In this document: positions 51,481 to 64,000 of the stretch, in pieces
Numbering within the stretch: the stretch's first letter is position 1
Layout: each line of letters begins with the position of its first letter
NCBI GenBank assembly: GCA_043228905.1
Contig: JBHGNT010000001.1
Span: forward strand, 3,596,001 to 3,660,000
Reading direction: 5' to 3'
Source: Azolla caroliniana
Lineage: Eukaryota > Plantae > Polypodiophyta
DNA length: 64,000 nt
Program-made: the position numbers and the translations under genes
Notes under the pieces: generated by a model
The model's database searches: none
What the model was told of the DNA's origin: nothing
The model's input: only the letters and a program-made list of their open reading frames with translations

Positions 51481-51989
51481 CCTGAGGTCTTAACACAAAC
51501 AGATATGTAAGAGAGGGAGGGGACTCGTTTCAATAGGATCGCTCAAATATTGGCATCGTAGAATGGGGGAAAGGAACATGTGTGCGCGTTTGTTTGTTTG
51601 TTTGTGTGTTCGTTTGTTTGTTTTTAAAACTTTCGCTCCATTTATTATTTATTCATTTTGTTGGAATCTAGAAAGAACGAGATTGTGTTTTTTTTGCTGC
51701 CACGGAAGGAAGGCATAAGTACCTCAGTGAGGATGAAACTCAATTTTGATGATGGATGGATGGATGGATGGATGGATGATAGCATCCCAAATCATACTCT
51801 TCACTTATGCGGACCTTCCTACGATAACCACCCTCCATTCAACCGAACCCTGCCTCCTCGTGCTCGTCTCACCACGTACTCGTACTTTGATTGCAGCAAG
51901 TAAAAAACAACATATTAATCGCGGCATGTAGAACCACAACCGCGATTCCATGTTGGTTGTCATTGCTACATTTAGGTAGCGGGAACCTT

Positions 51990-52560
51990 CCCAAGTGCCA
52001 TCTCTAAACTAAACGAGACGAATATCCTCCTCGTGGAACAAATCCCCTCCCTTGCGTGCTCCAATACCCACACAAGTTGAGTAATCAAGAGTATTCCTTT
52101 CATCCATCCTTAGGTATGCTTGCGCTCCATGACTACCATCGAGCATAACAATGTTACTCATACCCCGACACTTGAAAAAGTTACTAATGATCTCCATCTC
52201 ATCATTTGGCCCATTTTGTATATAGGAGTACCATAGAGTTCCAACTTGACAAATATCTTATATGTATCTCCAAATCATACACAACAAAGGCATTCCATAA
52301 ATGATGAGGGCTATCTTCCATGTAAAGTTTGCAAGAGAAGCATGTGCTCAATCCCAAACTTTGCCTATTTAGAGATTAACCAAAGGTAGAAGATCCCCAA
52401 CTATTGTTCGCCAAATAAAAACCTTTGATTGAAATTGTGAGCAAGAATGCCAACTACATTGCAACAATTTCCACCGCCCCAAAACAAACTTGCATATATT
52501 CCGCTTGTTTTCCACTCAATGTGAGAATCAACAAAGTGATGACTTCCATGCCTACCAATA
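51990..52560 (-). mobile_element. Degraded LINE ORF2 3' (zf-RVT) remnant
   Basis: Minus-strand frames give SKVFIWRTIVGDLLP...STCFSCKLYMEDSPH...IWRYI with stops; boundaries approximate. Confidence 0.55.
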
Positions 52561-53545
52561 TTTTATGCCAATAATACTAGTGCAAAAAAATCCAGTGCCA
52601 AATTTTCCAAGAGTTTTATTGCCAACAATTTTCTCCACTTCTGAAGAATGCTAAGTAATTTACCATATAGTACATAAATCTTGTTGAAAGATTTGGCACT
52701 TTAGTTTTGTCGGCAGTTCGAATACTTTTAGCATTGCAAAATTAATGTCGAATATTCCAACAAATTCAATCAACTGCCAAAAATGATAGATAAACATAAT
52801 TGCCAAATTTGATAAACGTGTTGGAATGTTTGACATTTATTTTAAACTTTCCTTTGGCTATCTTACAACGTTCACATTTTTTATTGTTTTTGCCATTGTA
52901 AGCTATATTTTAAGTGTGTAACACTTATCCAATAAACATTTGATGAGAATGTAGCGCAAATAGTTATTTATTATCATGCTTAAATTATATAGAGTTGAAC
53001 ATGAATATGAGTGATTGTGATGGCATGATAAAAAGGTTTGAGGAACGTCACACTATCATTCCATGGATGTTCAACTTGCCACACACACAAGGATGCAACT
53101 CTCCCTCAAAACCATACTCTATGAATTTGCCACACAAGCCACGTTCAACCAATCGTGTCATCCCAAGGAAGCATTTCCATTCAATCCTCCACTCACCCAT
53201 GTGATGCTCTAACAATAGTTTGCATTGTCCATACCAACATATGACTTCAACCCTACAACACTACAAAAGGTTCAACACAATCCATTTTACCACAAAGTTT
53301 ATTGATTTCTTTCAACTTGCAAAAACTCTTCAAGGGAACTTTGCTAGAATCAAGTGGAGTGGCAAATAGACTAACCATCTTGATGATCTAGTTTTCTCGA
53401 TCCCATGGTAATATATCTAGTTGGATTAATTAAGGGTTGGTTTACAAGTTAAGGTAACTTATAAAGAATTTTAACATCCATTTTTGTTTGCCCTGTTCTG
53501 TACTTTCATGGAGAAAGAAACGAGGGTTTCATTACCAAAATCGGA

Positions 53546-55603
53546 ATGTGCAGGTATGACATCCCTTTCTTCGAAGTCTCTGTTTTTGTTCGAGCTCTGT
53601 TTTAATCGTTTTTAAGCTCTGTATGAATCGTTTTCACATACTGACGTAGTAGTTTCTCAAAGAAACTCATCGAAGAGAATCAGTTGCATTTGGTTTTTGA
53701 CATCTTGGATGCGAAAAAAATCTCTATATCAAGAGATGTCATCTACACATTGCTTCAGCGATGCATCAAAGAGAGAGACCTTCCTTCTGCCAGGAAAGTT
53801 CATTCTCTCATGGTTAATAATAGATTAGATTCAATTCCTGTGTTGGTAGATCATCTTATCAGAATTTTTACGACTTGTGGTAGCTTGAATGATGTTAGAG
53901 ATGTGTTTGAAAAGGCATCAAATCCTTCAATATACACGTGGAATGCTGTTATTCAAGCTCATGCGAAGTTTAGAGAAGGAGAAAGGGCTTTAGAGTTTTT
54001 TCAGTTGATGCAAGAATGTGGTGTGAAACCAGAAGAACACACATTTTCATCAGTATTGAAAGCATGTACTAATATTGGTTGCCTTACATTGGGGAGATTC
54101 ATTCATGACCAAATCAATAGAAGTAGTCTTGAACTTGATGTTGTTGTTAGTAATGCCCTTGTTGAGTTGTATGCAAAATGTGGAAGTTTAGAAGAAGCAA
54201 GAAAAGTTTTTGACAATCTTCGATCTCGTAATGTCATCGCATGGGCCTCATTGATATCTGGTTATGTTCAGCAAGGTCATAGTCTCATTTCCTATGAACT
54301 TTTTCTCAAAATGCAGATTGATGGTGTGAAACCAGACAAAGTTGTCTTTTTATGTGCACTAAAATCATGTGGTAGCACGGGGATAATGGATCATGGTAAA
54401 TCAATTCATGAACAAATTGTGAATTTTGGGCTCGAGTTTGATATAGTTATCAGTAATGCACTTATTGACATGTATGGCAAGTGTGGGGGTTTACAGGAGG
54501 CAAAGGCATTATGTGATGGATTACCTAACCGAGACTTGGTAACATGGGGTGCATTAATTTCGGGATATGCCCAACATGGGTATGGTGAATCTGCATTGGA
54601 AGCATTTATTGAAATGCAAAAAGAAGGATTTATCCCTGATGAATTATTATTTTCAAGCATCATAAAAGTTTGTAAAAGCTTAGGTTTGCTCTCACAAGGT
54701 AGGCTTTTGTATGAGCAAATCTGCATATTTGGGATTGAATCAGAAGTGGTTGTAGGGAGTACCCTCATTAATATGTATGCAGAATGTGGGAACTTGGATG
54801 AAGCTAAATGGATTTTTGACTCTCTGCCACGACATGATGTGATTTCATGGGATTCCATGATCAATGCATGGCTTGAGCATGGCGATGTCTTTTCAGCTTT
54901 TGAGTACTTTGATAAAATGTTGGGAGCAAGCCTTGTTCCAGAGAAGGCTACAATACTATGTATTATCAAAGCATGTGGCATTAGAGGTGCACTTGATAAG
55001 GTCAGATTAATGCATCACGAGATCATTAGAGTCAGATTGGAGGTAGAAATAAGCATTGGAAATAGTATTGTTGATGCATATGCAAAGTGTGAAAGATTGG
55101 AGGAAGCACTTCAAGTGTTTCATGTATTACCAGATAAAACTGTGGTGTCATGGGGGGCACTAATCATAGCATATGCTAAAAGAGGCAACTCGAAACTAGC
55201 TTTCAAATGGTTTGAGAACTTCCAATCCCAAGGGATAAAGCCCGATGAGGTGATTTTTCTTGGCATTCTGATATCATGTAGCCATGCAGGACTTGTTAAT
55301 GAAGGTCGTATGCATTTTGAATCAATGCAAAATATTTATGGGATCTCTCCAAACATTGAGCACTATAATTGCTTGGTTGATGTATTGGGTCGCGCGGGAC
55401 TTTTAGAAGAGGCTGAAGACTTACTTACATGTACACCTCTAGGCAAGGATATCATTGGATGGATGTCTTTATTCACAGGATGTGAAACATATGGAAACAT
55501 AGATGTTGGAAGACGATGTTATGAGCAAATCTCTTGCATTGATACTGAGGACACATCTGGATATGTCTTCATCTCAACGATACATTCAAAGTCTCTTTTG
55601 TAA
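53546..55603 (+). CDS. PLS-class pentatricopeptide repeat protein with E-domain end, no DYW (putative organellar RNA-editing specificity factor)
   Basis: Open 53684-55603 with regular P-L-S triplets (YAKCGSLEEARKVFDNL...WASLISGY; SCSHAGLVNEG...EHYNCLVDVLGRAG). Probable start is an 8-nt exon 53546-53553 (ATG TGC AG|gt) spliced to 53653, with branch-like ctgac at 53641. The start assignment is tentative. Confidence 0.92.
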
Positions 55604-56087
55604 GATAATTCCAAGATGTAGAAAACTTGGACACCAATTACTTGAATACGTTTCAATGTACAAGTACTTCAAAATAGTTGACATTGTTTTACTTCTTGTC
55701 ATGATAAGAATAATGTTCATGGATGTCTAAACTTGGTAACGAAAATCAAAATAGATTGGTTTCCATACACAACATCATTAGTTATTAAATATTTTGAATT
55801 GCAAGATCTCTAAGAATCTATCATTGTTTTAATTATGAACCTGACGATTTGCCTTAATCCATACACAATTTTTAATGAAACGTATGCTGTATGTTCAATA
55901 AAATTGGCTTTGAAAAATTACATATTAATTTCCAATCAAATGAATAACCTGCTGTCTCTTTAAAATGTATCCCTGGCATTATTTCTAATTGAATGAATAA
56001 CCTGAACTATTATCAATAATCAACCATTATAATCACCATGATTAAAATGTACCCCTAATTATGTACATAGGAAAATTATCCAACAGA

Positions 56088-64000
<7,913 letters not shown>

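Noticed and set aside
54406-54981. 191-aa antisense ORF
   Set aside because: Shadow frame of the PPR gene.

Overview
Eukaryotic land-plant nuclear DNA, not prokaryotic: AT-rich background, GT-AG introns, microsatellites and nested transposons. The style of the PLS-PPR/DYW genes suggests a fern, and the gene density suggests a compact genome (both inferences). Genes I reconstructed by hand: the 3' eight exons of cactin; an 8-exon predicted plastid membrane protein missed by the ORF track; an intronless PHD-like zinc-finger/coiled-coil gene; a decayed PLS-PPR-DYW pseudogene; two diverged, GC-rich, intronless BPS1/ROH1-like (DUF793-type) paralogs; an MRS2 Mg2+ transporter; an intact PLS-E PPR gene; and a clade II serine carboxypeptidase-like gene running off the right edge. 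Mobile DNA includes a truncated LINE with an 18-bp TSD, a probable 5'-inverted LINE carrying a nested hAT-like MITE, a Mutator-like MITE, an RT-less Ty1/copia element with a solo LTR in its integrase, Helitron-like ends and tRNA-derived SINE heads. I cannot demonstrate a new biological system from sequence alone. The best leads are a mini-Helitron that seems to supply paired ABRE motifs and a TATA run to one BPS1-like paralog, the twin-primed LINE, an HAE-type DYW relic and an intronic pre-miRNA-like hairpin.
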